Part shown: positions 39,942 to 50,637 of the stretch, in pieces
Layout: each line of letters begins with the position of its first letter
Numbering within the stretch: the first letter of the stretch is position 1
Assembly: GCF_004010195.1 (NCBI RefSeq)
Contig: NC_057719.1
Location: 29,694,419-29,758,418 of the forward strand
Source: Chiloscyllium plagiosum
Taxonomy: Eukaryota
Reading direction: 5' to 3'
DNA: 64,000 nucleotides
Position numbers and translations under genes: made by a program
Notes under the pieces: generated by a model
The model's database searches: none
What the model was told of the DNA's origin: nothing
What the model saw: only the letters and a program-made list of their open reading frames with translations

Positions 39942-40787
39942 TTCCTTCAAGCAGAGGAGATTGAGAGGGGACATGATTGTGATGCATAAAATTGTGAGGG
40001 GCACAGATAGAGCAGACAGGAAGAAACTGTCTGATGGAAGGATCAATGAGCAGGGGCACAGATTTAAGGTAAGGGGCGGAAGGTTTGGAGAAGATGTGAG
40101 GAAATATTTTTCCTGGACTTACTGCTTGTAAGGGTGGTAGAGACAGGAACCCTCATAACATTTAAGAAGCATTTAGATGTGCACTTGTGATGCACAAGTT
40201 TACAAGGCTATGAGCCAAGTGCTGAAAAATGGGTTTAAATAAGTCAGGTGGCTGTTTTTGACCAGCACTGACATAATGGACCAAAGGACCTTTTTCAGGG
40301 CTGTAAATATCTATGACTATGAAATAAATACAACAATTATCACTGAAGCAAAGTACTAAGGAAACTAATGGGGTTAAAGGCCAATAGGCCACCTGGACCT
40401 GATGGATTACATCCTAGGATATTCAACAAAGTGACTACAGAGATAATGAATACATTAGTAGGAATCTTCCAACAATCCTTAAATTCTTGGAATCTTGGAA
40501 AATTGCCATTGTTATACCCTTATTCAAAAAGGAAGGAGATAAGCAACAGGATACCATAGGCCAGTTAGCTTAATATCTGTCATCGGGAAAATGTTAAGAG
40601 TCTATATTAAAGGGTGTAATACCAAAACATTTAGAAATGCAATATCATCAAAGAGAGTCAGCAGGGTTTCATGAAGAGGAAATCATGGCTGACAAATTTT
40701 ACAAGAATTCTTGGAGGAGATAATGAATAAAAAGTAAAACCAGTAGATTTCCAAAAAAACGTTTTAGTAAATTATCATACATTGAGC

Positions 40788-41211
40788 CCAAAGTTTGGGT
40801 GAAGATTTGTAGCTCGGGTGCTCGTTGTTGTGGTTCTGTTCGCCGAGCTGGAAATTTTTGTTGCAAACGTTTCGTCCCCTGTCTAGGTGACATCCTCAGT
40901 GCTTGGGAGCCTCCTGTGAAGCACTTCTGTGGTGTTTCCTCCGGCCAAACAAAGAACAGCCAGGGAATTCCTAGAAGCATGGTATTCATCCACAAACTCC
41001 ATCAACAAACACATCGACCTGGACCCAATATACCGGCCACTGCAGCGGACAGCTGAAACTGACAACCGGGAGCGGCAGGGACAGGCCACTATAAATGCCG
41101 GAGGAAACACCACAGAAGCGCTTCACAGGAGGCTCCCAAGCACTGAGGATGTCACCTAGACAGGGGACAAAACGTTTGCAACAAAAACTTCCAGCTCGGC
41201 GAACAGAACCA
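40788..41211. mobile_element. PLE family B fold-back insertion with two inverted pseudo-LTRs
   Basis: 12-bp TSD catacattgagc at 40776-40787 and 41212-41223; arms at about 40829-40945 and 41097-41213. Confidence 0.93.
40863..40902 (-). ncRNA. Minimal type-I hammerhead ribozyme motif, intact core
   Basis: gca-CUGAGGA-u-GUCaCCUagacAGGgGAC-GAAA-CG-UU-ugc; the inverted partner at 41140-41179 has GAAA>AAAA. Confidence 0.8.
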
Positions 41212-41489
41212 CATACATTGAGCTCCTTAATAATATAAGAGTATATGGTGTTGGAGTAATATATTAGAATGGATAGAGGATTATTTAATATAAGAGAGAG
41301 TTCGGTTAAAGGGGGCATTTTCAGATTGTCAATCTGTAGCTGGTGGAGTGCCACAGAGAGCAGAAGTTAGAATATAATAAAGGAAAATAAAACTTATGCA
41401 CTTTGGTGGGAAGTATAGAGGAGCTGAATATTATTTAAATAGAAAAATGCAGGGTCCTTGTGCATAAAAAGAATATTAGAACATTATTT

Positions 41490-41893
41490 TAATGAGCCAC
41501 CACACTCTGCAGCACAGAGGAACTAAGAAGAGCAGAGGAAAATCACCTTACAATGTATTCAAAAAGAACGGTACCCAACGAACATAATCTGCCTGATTTC
41601 TCAGCAACAAACCCAAACAAGCAAACAAAACACATCCAGAAACCCTAGTCACTCTCCCTACATCAAAGACATCACGGAAATGACTGCCAGACTACTCAGA
41701 CCCCTTGGCATCATGGTAGTCCACAAACCCACCAACACACTAAAACAGCAGCTAATGAACTTGAAGGAACCTATACAGACAACAAGCAAAACTAATGACA
41801 TTTACAAAACACCTTGCAAGAACTGTAACAAACACTATATTGGACAAACAGGCAGAAAACTAGCCACCAGGATACATGAACATCAACTAGCCA
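41490..41893 (+). mobile_element. Penelope-like family B GIY-YIG fragment
   Basis: MTARLLRPLGIMVVHKP...IYKTPCKNCNKHYIGQTGRKLATRIHEHQLA. Confidence 0.9.
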
Positions 41894-43742
41894 TCATGAC
41901 TAGTGGTTCGTTTAGATCGTGCACCTGGAACATAAAAGGGAGCCATTCCTCTATCAGAAGAAATAAGGTACTCTCAAACTTCAGAAAGGAAAGGGTTGAC
42001 ATCACCCTGTTACAGGTAACATATTTGAATGACAAGGAGCATTGAAGTTACAGCAGGGAGTATTTATTAGGGTATTTTTCTCCTCTTTCAATTCTAAAAG
42101 CAGAGGAGTGGTCATACTGGTACAGAGGAACCTCCCATTCCAGATAATAGAACAAATTAAGGATGAACATGGGCGGTTCATCATCCTCAAGGCCTTAAAT
42201 CACAGGGAAGAGTATGGCATCCTGAATGTCTACTGCCCCCGATGGACCCCTTAATTCTTAATCGACACATTCTCCAAATTAATGGCTCTTGGGGTGCGCC
42301 ATAGGAATAGACTTCAACCGTCTCACAGACCCTGAGGTAGACAGGATGCCAAGGGGTGTCTCAGGTATCTCCCTGCAATCCAGACAACTAGTGGACTTGT
42401 GTGGGGAGTTTGTAGGGATTTTACCTTTTACTCCAACCTGCACAGTGCAACACAAGAATTTTATGTTCTTTGTTCCATCGATCTGTCTGGATTCAGTGTT
42501 ATCCTGCAGGATTGGGAACATAGCCATTTTGAATCATGCGGCAGTGTACTTGGATGTCAAGATCAGGGCTAGTGGAATAGCTACGCCGCACTGGTGCGTG
42601 GATCCATTTCTTTTGAAGGATAACAAATTTATAGAGTAGTTCACAAGGCAATTGAGGACCTTCTGGGACATCAACTCAGGTATGGCCAGTAACCCATCAG
42701 TGTTTTGGGAAACCACCAAGGCATATTTAAGGGATTTAATAATTTCATACTCAGCAACTCGGAAAAGGCAGAGCAGCAGTGGATGCTTGAGGCCTGCTTG
42801 AAAGCAGCCAAATCAGCATATTATGATAGACCATCTGTGGTTAAGCTATAGCGGGTCACAGCTCTCTAGCCTGCTCTGAGTTCAGTACATACCCAGGCAG
42901 CGAAGAGAGAGGTTTCCTTTACGAAGCAAAGCTTATTCGAATATGGGGATAAGTCAGGTAGATATCTGGTGTATCTGGCTAGGGATAAGTGGCCCGCGGT
43001 CCATCATGTCCACTAGGGAGAGATCCGGTAGTATCACTCGTGAGTTGAAAAAGATTAATGCCATACTCTGGAAATTTTATGCAGTTATATCAGTCGGAGG
43101 GTTGTGAGGATGGAGTAACAAGAATGGAATCCTTTTTTGAGCATCTGGACCTCCCAGGTATAAATGCAGAGTAAGCCTCCCTTTTGAATGCACCCTTAAC
43201 AATACAAAAGATAGAAGAGATACAAGAGGCAGTAAGGCAGCTCCAAAGTGGCAAAGCACCTGGCCCAGACAGATTCCCGAGTGAGTTCTAAAAAGAAATT
43301 CATAAACATGTTGGACGAGCCAGTATTGGGTGTGTACAATCATTCATACAGCCAGGACTGCCTTCCGCCTTCTTTTAGGGAGGCCACTATCTCCCTTATT
43401 CTAAAGGAAGGGAAAGATCCTGAGGACTGTGCCTCATATAGATCTATCTCACTGCTTAACGTAGATTTTAAAATCCTATCTAAAACGCTAGCCCTGAGAT
43501 TGGAGAAGGTACTGCCCACTATCATAAAGGAAGACCAGACGGGTTTTATCAAGGGTTGTAGCTCTTCCAATAATATCAGGAGGGTGTTTAATATAGTACA
43601 GGTATGCCAGCAGAGTCAATTCCAGGCTTGGTGCTCTCCTTGGATGTGAAAAAGGTGTATGATTGGGTGGAGTGGCTGTAGCTATTTGGTGCCCCTGGAA
43701 CATTTTGGTCTTGGGGAGACCTTCGTTAGATGGATGATAGTG

Positions 43743-43822
43743 ATGCTGCCTGACGTGCTGCGCTTTTCCAGCAACACATTTTTCAGCTCTGATCTCCAGC
43801 ATCTGCAGTCCTCACTTTCTCC
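43743..43822 (+). mobile_element. 80-bp PLE family A pseudo-LTR tail inserted in the L1 RT
   Basis: 5-bp TSD tagtg at 43738-43742 and 43823-43827; splits RWMIV|LYNNP. Confidence 0.88.
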
Positions 43823-45181
43823 TAGTGCTATATAACAACCCCAAGGCTGAGGTCCTTACGAGTGGCGTAAAATCAGATACTTTTAGCATTGGGAGAGGCA
43901 GCTGGCAAGGGTGTCCTCTCTCGCCACTGCTATTTATCTTAGCAATCGAAGCATTGGCGGAAGCTATTCAGAAGGACTCTGAAATAGCAGCGCCAAAGGT
44001 CGGAATGGGAGAGCACAAAATTACTCTCTACCCTGATGATGTTCTTCTCTTCTTGGCTAACCCAGAAAAGTCTGTACCCCGGCTAATACAAAAGATTAAG
44101 TTATTCGGCATTTTCTCAGGATATAAAATTAACTTTACAAAATCGGAAGCCATGCCCATGGGGGGCTTGGTGGGAGTGCCTGACCTGGAGGATGGAACAC
44201 AATTTCCTTTCTGGTGGTCACAAAAAAGTTTTCTTAATTTGGATATTTTTATTATCCCTGCTTTCCACCAGCTATACAGAGCTAACTTTGTGCACTTGTT
44301 TGATACGATAAAACAGGATCTACAGTGTTGGGAGGAGTTACCAATATCATGGTTAGGCTGAATAGCCTTGATTAAAATGAATATTCTTCCTCAGCTACTA
44401 TACCCTATGAGAATGCTCCCATTGTTGTTGCCCAGACAAGTTCTGTGGAAGTTCAATAGCTGGCTTCTGTCCTTCATTTGGTATCGTAAGCGCCCTCTTA
44501 TTAAATTTACCAAGTTGCAACTCCCTAGAGTATTGGGACGGGGGTGTGGATCTCCCAGATTTTAAGCAATACCAAATAAGGGCCCTATTGTCCTATGAGA
44601 GTGACTGGGATCCAAGGTTGATATGGCTTGATATTGAGGCCTCTCAGGCAATGTATCCCCTCTTTAACTTATTATTTATGGATAGGATGAAATCTGTTGC
44701 TGAGCATTGTAAAAGACCAATCATCATAAACATGCTCAAAGTGTGGAGAATGATGTAGCAGGGCAAGGGTAGTTTACATAAGACCTCACCTTTCAGCCCC
44801 TTAGCAGGAGCCCCAGAATTTAGGCCAGGGTCAATGGATTCTGGCTTTAAAGCATGGGAGGTCAAGGGAATCCCCTATTTGGGAGACTTCTTTGAGGGGG
44901 AGGTCCTGATGTCTTTTAATCAACTAAGTCACAGATATGGGCTACCAAATAGGTACCTCTTCCGTTATTTTCAGATTAGGGATAATATATACAGAAGGAC
45001 CATGCTGACGGCTCAGCCCTAAGTTTGACATGGAGAGAGGAGTGCTCCGGCACGTGGGCACTCTCTCAGTCAGTATTCTATATCATTTACAGACAGGGGG
45101 CACCTTCGAAGATGTGCAAAGACTCTACCGAGTCTGGAATCAGGCACTAAGAGCAGAAATTTTAATTTGAAACTTGGGAGG

Positions 45182-45652
45182 TGTGGTGAAACGGTTAAAA
45201 ATTATGTCCCAATACATGTGTGAATCTAACCGGAATGGAGGTGTTGCTTAGTCCCGTGTGAATCTTATTACACACCTCCCCGTGTGAATCTTCTTATCTG
45301 TATGTAACCAGAATGGAATGTGTTTTTTAGCCTTGCTCTGCTGTTCACATGAATGTTTATATCTGGAAAAGAGTATATCAGCTGGAAAAGTCTCCAGTTC
45401 GGTGAGTCTGCTCCGGGGTTACGTTTAACCGCCGAGCGTGGGTTGTTGGCAACCGCTCTACGAGAACTGACGGCTCCCAGTTCCGGTAACATGTAGAGTG
45501 AGTATAAGCCAGACCCGTTGTAAGTATGAGACCTGGTTGTGGCGACGCTGCGGGGAATAAAATGCTCATATTCTAGCAGACTCGCCTCTTGGTCGTTTGT
45601 TCTGTGTCAGACTACTCTCCTACGAACCTGACCTTGAGAATTTTTTAAAACA
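45182..45652 (+). mobile_element. Solo LTR (5-bp TSD) inserted in L1
   Basis: TGT...ACA termini; TSD ggagg at 45177-45181 and 45653-45657; TATAA near 45503; AATAAA near 45556; many CpGs retained. Confidence 0.92.
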
Positions 45653-46114
45653 GGAGGACATATGGGAGAATGTGAAGAAAATCTCAATATGCAATTTCCT
45701 TTTCTTTTTCTCAGAGGACGATAAATGGGGTCCAAGATGATGTGTTTGTTGATAGAGTTCCGGTTGGAATGCCATGCTTCTAGGTTTGGCTAGTGGTGTG
45801 TTAAGGGGAGGTTTGTATTTAAGATATTTAGGTAGTATCTGTTTCCTTAGGCATTCATGCAGGAAGTACAGCTGTTCGCAGATGGCGCTCTTTCGAATGC
45901 CATTGGTTTCCCATTTTTGGACCAGTTTTAGCATATTGCGCCCATAGGTGTTAATGAGTTTTGATAAGATTTGTAGCTCAGGTTGAGGTTCTGGATGTAA
46001 GTTTCCTCGCTGAGCTGGAAGGTTCGTTTTCAGATGTTTTGTCACCATAGTAGGTAGCTGAAAATGTGTTGCTGGAAAAGCGCAGCAGGTCAGGCAGCAT
46101 CCAGGGAACAGGAG

Positions 46115-46150
46115 AATCGACGTTTCGGGCATAAGCCCTTCTTCAGGAAT
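46115..46150 (-). ncRNA. Minimal hammerhead ribozyme motif, intact core
   Basis: auuc-CUGAAGA-a-GGGCuuauGCCC-GAAA-CG-UC-gauu. Confidence 0.78.
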
Positions 46151-46167
46151 GGAAGAAGGGCTTATGC

Positions 46168-46200
46168 TCCTGAAGAAGGGCTTATGCCCGAAACGTCGAT
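46168..46200 (+). ncRNA. Minimal hammerhead ribozyme motif, intact core
   Basis: uc-CUGAAGA-a-GGGCuuauGCCC-GAAA-CG-UC-ga. Confidence 0.75.
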
Positions 46201-46853
46201 TCTCCTGTTCCCTGGATGCTGCCTGACCTGCTGCGCTTTTCCAGCAACACATTTTCAGCTCTGATCTCCAGCATCTGCAGACCTCAATTTCTCCACCATT
46301 GTAGGTAACATCAGTCAGCCTCTGGTGAAGCACTGATGTTAGAGACCCACTTTCTATTTATGTGTTTAGGTTTCCTTGGAGCATGGCATTCCAACTGGAA
46401 CTCTATCAACAAACACATCAACTTGGACCCCATTTACCACCTGCTGAGAAAAAGAACAGGAAGTAGCATCACCACGGAAATGACATCACCAACCCAAGGA
46501 AACCTAAACACAAATAGAAAATGGGTCACTAATACGATGCTTCACTGGGACTCACTGATGTTATCTAGTATGGTGATGAAATGTCTGAAAACGAACCTTC
46601 CAGCTCAGCAAGTAAATTTATATCCATAAGTTAGGTTAGTCTAGCACAATTTAAGTTAATTTAAACTAATTTGCTAAGTACAGTCATTTATTAAATCTTA
46701 ATATGGAAAGATCGTTTGGTACCTTTGTGATAGTCTTGATTTGTTCTGTAGAGTAGTAGGTAGTTTATTGTTAATGTTTTTGTAATACAAGATTGTTATA
46801 TTTTTGTATTTTTATAATTTTGTGAAAGAATAAAAACCTTGCACAAAAAAAAA

Positions 46854-47530
46854 GTCACTTGGTTCAAATGGAGGTCGATACTGGTGCTGCTGTATCAGTG
46901 GTTGCAGAACCAATCTTAAACAAGATTCGCTCCGGACTCCAACATTTATATTTGCACAAGCCCTCAGATAGACTGAGAATGTATACTGGGGAACTATTAC
47001 AAATTAAGTGTAGGACTTTGGTTCTGGTCTCCTACAGTTACCACTGATTGGAGTAAAAGATTCAGGCCCAAGCTTAATGGGGTGGAATTGGTTGAGAAAG
47101 ATTCACCTTTATTGGGTCAACATTTTTCGATTAAAAAATGGCTGCCTGAGTGAAGTCCTAAATAAATACCTGGAAGTTTCTCAGAAAGGTCTAGGGGCTA
47201 TCAAAGGAGCCAAGGTCACCTTGCATGTTGACCAGGAAGCAATTCCGCAATCCTACAAGGCCTACCCAGTGCCATTTACTTTGCATGCTAAAGTAGAAGT
47301 AGAAATCAGGAGACTGGAAAGCAAAGGAACCATCAAACCAGTGCAGATTGGCTGCACTGTTCATATGGACTGTGAAGCCGAACAGATTGGTTCACCTTTG
47401 TGGGGGTTTTAAATAAATGATAAACTGCTTCTCGCAGCTGGACGAATACCAAATCCCTCGCATGAAGCTGGCAGGGGGCACTGTCATTCATTAAGCTGGA
47501 CATGAGCCATGGATATCTGGAATTACAACT
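46854..47530 (+). mobile_element. Gypsy LTR retrotransposon pol fragment (protease and RT start)
   Basis: VQMEVDTGAAVSVV (aspartic protease); KAYPVPFTLHAKVEVEIRRLESKGTIKPV. Confidence 0.88.
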
Positions 47531-47759
47531 CAGGCAGCCACTTTGTAATCAAAAAATGTTGATCCAATCTCTGAATCTTTCTAAACAATTTTGTCCCATC
47601 AAGCTTGTGCCCGAGCCTTTTACTACAGTCAGTGGTAACCACTGTCTGTGTTTGCTTCTCATAAGAGAGTGGAACCAAAGTTGTACTCTTAATCTGTAAA
47701 GGTACAGGTTCAGCCTAGCTGATGTCATATGCAAACTTAAGGGTTGGAGTTCAGACCCT

Positions 47760-48600
47760 TAGGCCACAATCAGTGAAGATGGAGGACAATATTTCATCCT
47801 CACCAACACTCAACACTGGAGCTCCCCTGAGGTGTGTACTCAGCCCCCTACTGTACTCACTGTATATCCATGACTGCGTCACCAAATACCAGACTAATGC
47901 CATGTTTGCTGATGACACCACCATTATCGGTCGAATCTCAGATGGCGACGAAATAGACTACAGAGGTGAGGTGGAAGACCTGGAAAAACAGTGCACCGAG
48001 AACAACCTAGCTCTCAACGCCAGCAAAACCAACAAACTCATTACTGACTTTTGGCAGGATGTGGACACAATGTGACTCATGTGGACACACTGGTTACAAA
48101 GGCCCAACCACGTCTCCTCTTCCTCAGGCAGTGGAGGAAATCTGGCATGATGGTGAATACCTTTGCCAACTTTTATAGGTGTGCCAGAGAGCATTCTGTC
48201 TGGATGTATCACTATCTGAACTCAGCCCGTACAATCACAAAGGCCAACCTCCCATCTATAGAATCCATCTACCAGGCTCGCTGTCAAGGAAAGGCCGCCA
48301 GGATTCTCAAAGATCCATCCCACCCTGGTAATGTTTTTCTACAACTTCTATCATCAGGGAGAAGGTACAGAAGCCTGAACACACACAGTTTTGAAACAGT
48401 TTCTACCCTACTGTTGTTCAATATTGAATGGACTTGCAAACTCTTAACATTCACCTGTACCTGTGTTTTTGTTTTTGCTGCTGTTTACCTCTTATTTACT
48501 TATTTATGCTACTTAACTCTTGATTGGCCTGCATTGCTCGCAAGACAAAGCTTTTCACTGTGCCTCGGTACACGTGACAATAAATTCAATTCAATCCAAT
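47760..48600 (+). mobile_element. Rex1/Babar-clade LINE 3' part
   Basis: LNTGAPLRCVLSPLLYSLYIHDC...FADDTTIIGRI...NNLALNASKT; AATAAA followed by a (TTCAA)n tail at 48579-48600. Confidence 0.85.
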
Positions 48601-49402
48601 CTCCACTAGAACTGGGTGGCCATTTAACCAGATGTTTAGTTTGATTGGTTCGGATTTAGACGTTCCTAAGCAATTAACTGTTCCAAACTAGGTGTAGGTG
48701 GACTTTCCAGGGTGTGCACTCTTCTCGATACCCGCCTAGGAGCGGTTTTACTCAATTTAGGTCGAGTGGGACTCTTTTGCAGCAACTAAAATTGCTTGTC
48801 AGCCCAGACCCAGAAAAAAAATGTTAACTATCTGGGGGGACGTGGCTTTAATTTGTAATTTTGCTGTGGGCTGACCTAGAGTCCCTCTGTTCAGGAAATG
48901 TCCTGAATGAGTCAATGCGATTGCCTTCGCTCAAGTGGTGTTCACTGATCTCAGTTGGACTGGTGAAGGTGTCCACTTCCATCGGAATACTCTGCAACTC
49001 ATTCTCCACTTGCTGCATTTTCTAATGATAAAGCCAGTGCCTGTTTGAAGTCCAGTTAGGTTTCAGCTTACAGGTGCTTTTCCATCGATATATCATTAAT
49101 CCTTCAAACTAAACAGTCTCCCAGCATTTCATTAAGGTTTAAACCAAAGTTACATACCTCTGCCAGTCTTCTTAACCTCATCAGATGTCCTGATAAAGAT
49201 TTCCCTGGTTCTCAAAAATGCAGAGTAAAACCAATAGCACTTCAAAATTGGGATCATAATATTCCTTAACTAAATCTGTCAACTCTTGAAAGGTTTTAGT
49301 ATTTGGTACCTCAGGGAAAATAAGGCTGCTAATAACCAAAAAAAGCTGCAGGTTCACAAGCTGTCAGATGAATTACTCATTGCTTTTCATCTGTCCCAAT
49401 GT

Positions 49403-50637
49403 CATACAGTTATACAGCTTGGAAACAGAGCCTTCGATCCAACCAGTCTATGCTGACCATGTTCCCAAACTAAACTAGTCCCACTTGCCTGCACTTGGTC
49501 CATATCCCTCCAAAATTTATCCTATTCATGAATGCATCCAAGTGTCTTTTAAACATTAACTGTACCTGCACCCACCACTTTCTCTGACAGTTCATTCCAC
49601 ACACTAACTACTCTCTGTGAACAAAGTTTCCCCTCATCTACTTTTCAAAACTCTCTTCTCACTTTAAAAATATGCACACTTGTTTTAAACTCCCCCACCC
49701 AAGGGAAAAGACCTTAGGCATCCACCTTATCAATGTTCTTCATGATATTATAAACCTCCAGAAGATCACCCCTAAAACTCCTATGCTCAAGTGAAAAAAA
49801 ATCTTAGTCTTTCCAGTCTAATTTTATATCTCAAAACGTCCATTCCTCGCAACATCCTGGTAAATCTTCTCTGAACCTCTCCAGTTTAATAATATCCTTC
49901 CTATAACAGGGTGACCAAAACTGCACAGAATAGTCCAGAAGAGGCCTTACCAATGCTTTGTACAAACTCAACATGATGTTCCAAACTCAAAGGTCTGAGC
50001 AACGAAGGCAAGTGTGCTAAATGCCTCCTTAACCCTGATGAAGGGCTCCTGCCTGAAACGTTGATTTTCCTGCTCCTCGGATGCTGCCTGACCTGCTGCG
50101 CTTTTCCAGCACCACTCTCATCTTGACTCTAAATCGCCAGCATCTGCAGTCCTCACTTTCACCTTCTTAACCACCCTGCCTACCTATGACACAAATTTCA
50201 AAGAATTGTATACCTGAATCCCTAGGTCTCTGTTCCACAACACTACCCAAGATGCTATCATTAATTGTACAAGTCCTGTCCTTGTTTGTATTAAAAAAAA
50301 TGCAAAACCTCATATTTATCCAAATTAAACTCCATCTACGACTGCTCAGCCAATTGACTCAATTGATCAGAACCTCTTTGTAATCTTGGATAACCTTCAC
50401 TATACCAATTTTGATCTCATCTGCAAACCTACCAACCATGCCTCCTATATTCTCATTCAAATAAATGACAAACAAAAGTGGATGTGTATCACTGGTCACA
50501 GGTCTCCAGTCCAAACAACCCTCCACTATCTCCTAACATAAAGCCAATTTTGTATCCAATTGGCAAGCTCACCTTGAATCCCATGTGTTCTAACTTTGCT
50601 AATTAATCTGCCATGCAGAAAACCTGTCAAAGGCTTT
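49403..50637 (-). mobile_element. CR1 LINE 3' part inserted in Gypsy gag
   Basis: Similar to the 37590-38580 CR1; carries a PLE cassette at 50035-50161. Confidence 0.82.
50035..50161 (+). mobile_element. PLE family A solo pseudo-LTR cassette starting at the hammerhead core
   Basis: 11-bp TSD cctycttaacc at 50024-50034 and 50162-50172; CUGAUGA-a-GGGCuccuGCCU-GAAA-CG-UU. Confidence 0.85.

Larger units (their letters stand above)
38795..41465 (+). mobile_element. Mosaic of plus-strand CR1 fragments, twice interrupted by PLE cassettes
   Basis: LENDAGKIIMG, KQRRLRGDMI and PPGPDGLHPRI motifs; at least two CR1 copies. Confidence 0.78.
46057..46293. mobile_element. PLE family A fold-back cassette with perfect 93-bp arms
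   Basis: TSD caccatwgtaggta at 46043-46056 and 46294-46307; arms 46056-46148 and 46168-46260 are exact reverse complements. Confidence 0.95.
45696..46626. mobile_element. Rearranged PLE family B: minus pseudo-LTR with ORF N-terminus, and an inverted plus-strand 3' end
   Basis: Minus frame LINTYGRNMLKLVQKWE...QLYFLHECLRKQILPKYL directly follows the pseudo-LTR; plus 46375-46626 gives AWHSNWNSINKHINLDPIY and a pseudo-LTR. Confidence 0.8.
41896..46853 (+). mobile_element. L1-clade LINE ORF2 (APE endonuclease and RT), decayed, with nested insertions
   Basis: TWNIKG...LLQ, SKSRGVVIL, NVYCP, YRSISLLNVDFKILSK, GSWQGCPLSPLLF, LYPDD; frame ETWE|DIWENVKK resumes after the LTR at 45653; putative 3' UTR with AATAAA and A9 ending at 46853 (linkage inferred). 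Confidence 0.85.

Noticed and set aside
45620..46333. 237-aa minus ORF as a novel gene
   Set aside because: It is read-through of the palindromic family A cassette and PLE pieces; the recurring MCCWKS... peptides are translations of the non-coding repeat.
46854..48601. Single Gypsy element split by an inversion
   Set aside because: The minus copy's own protease tail is present at 47530-47760 and the overlapping parts are diverged, so there are two copies.
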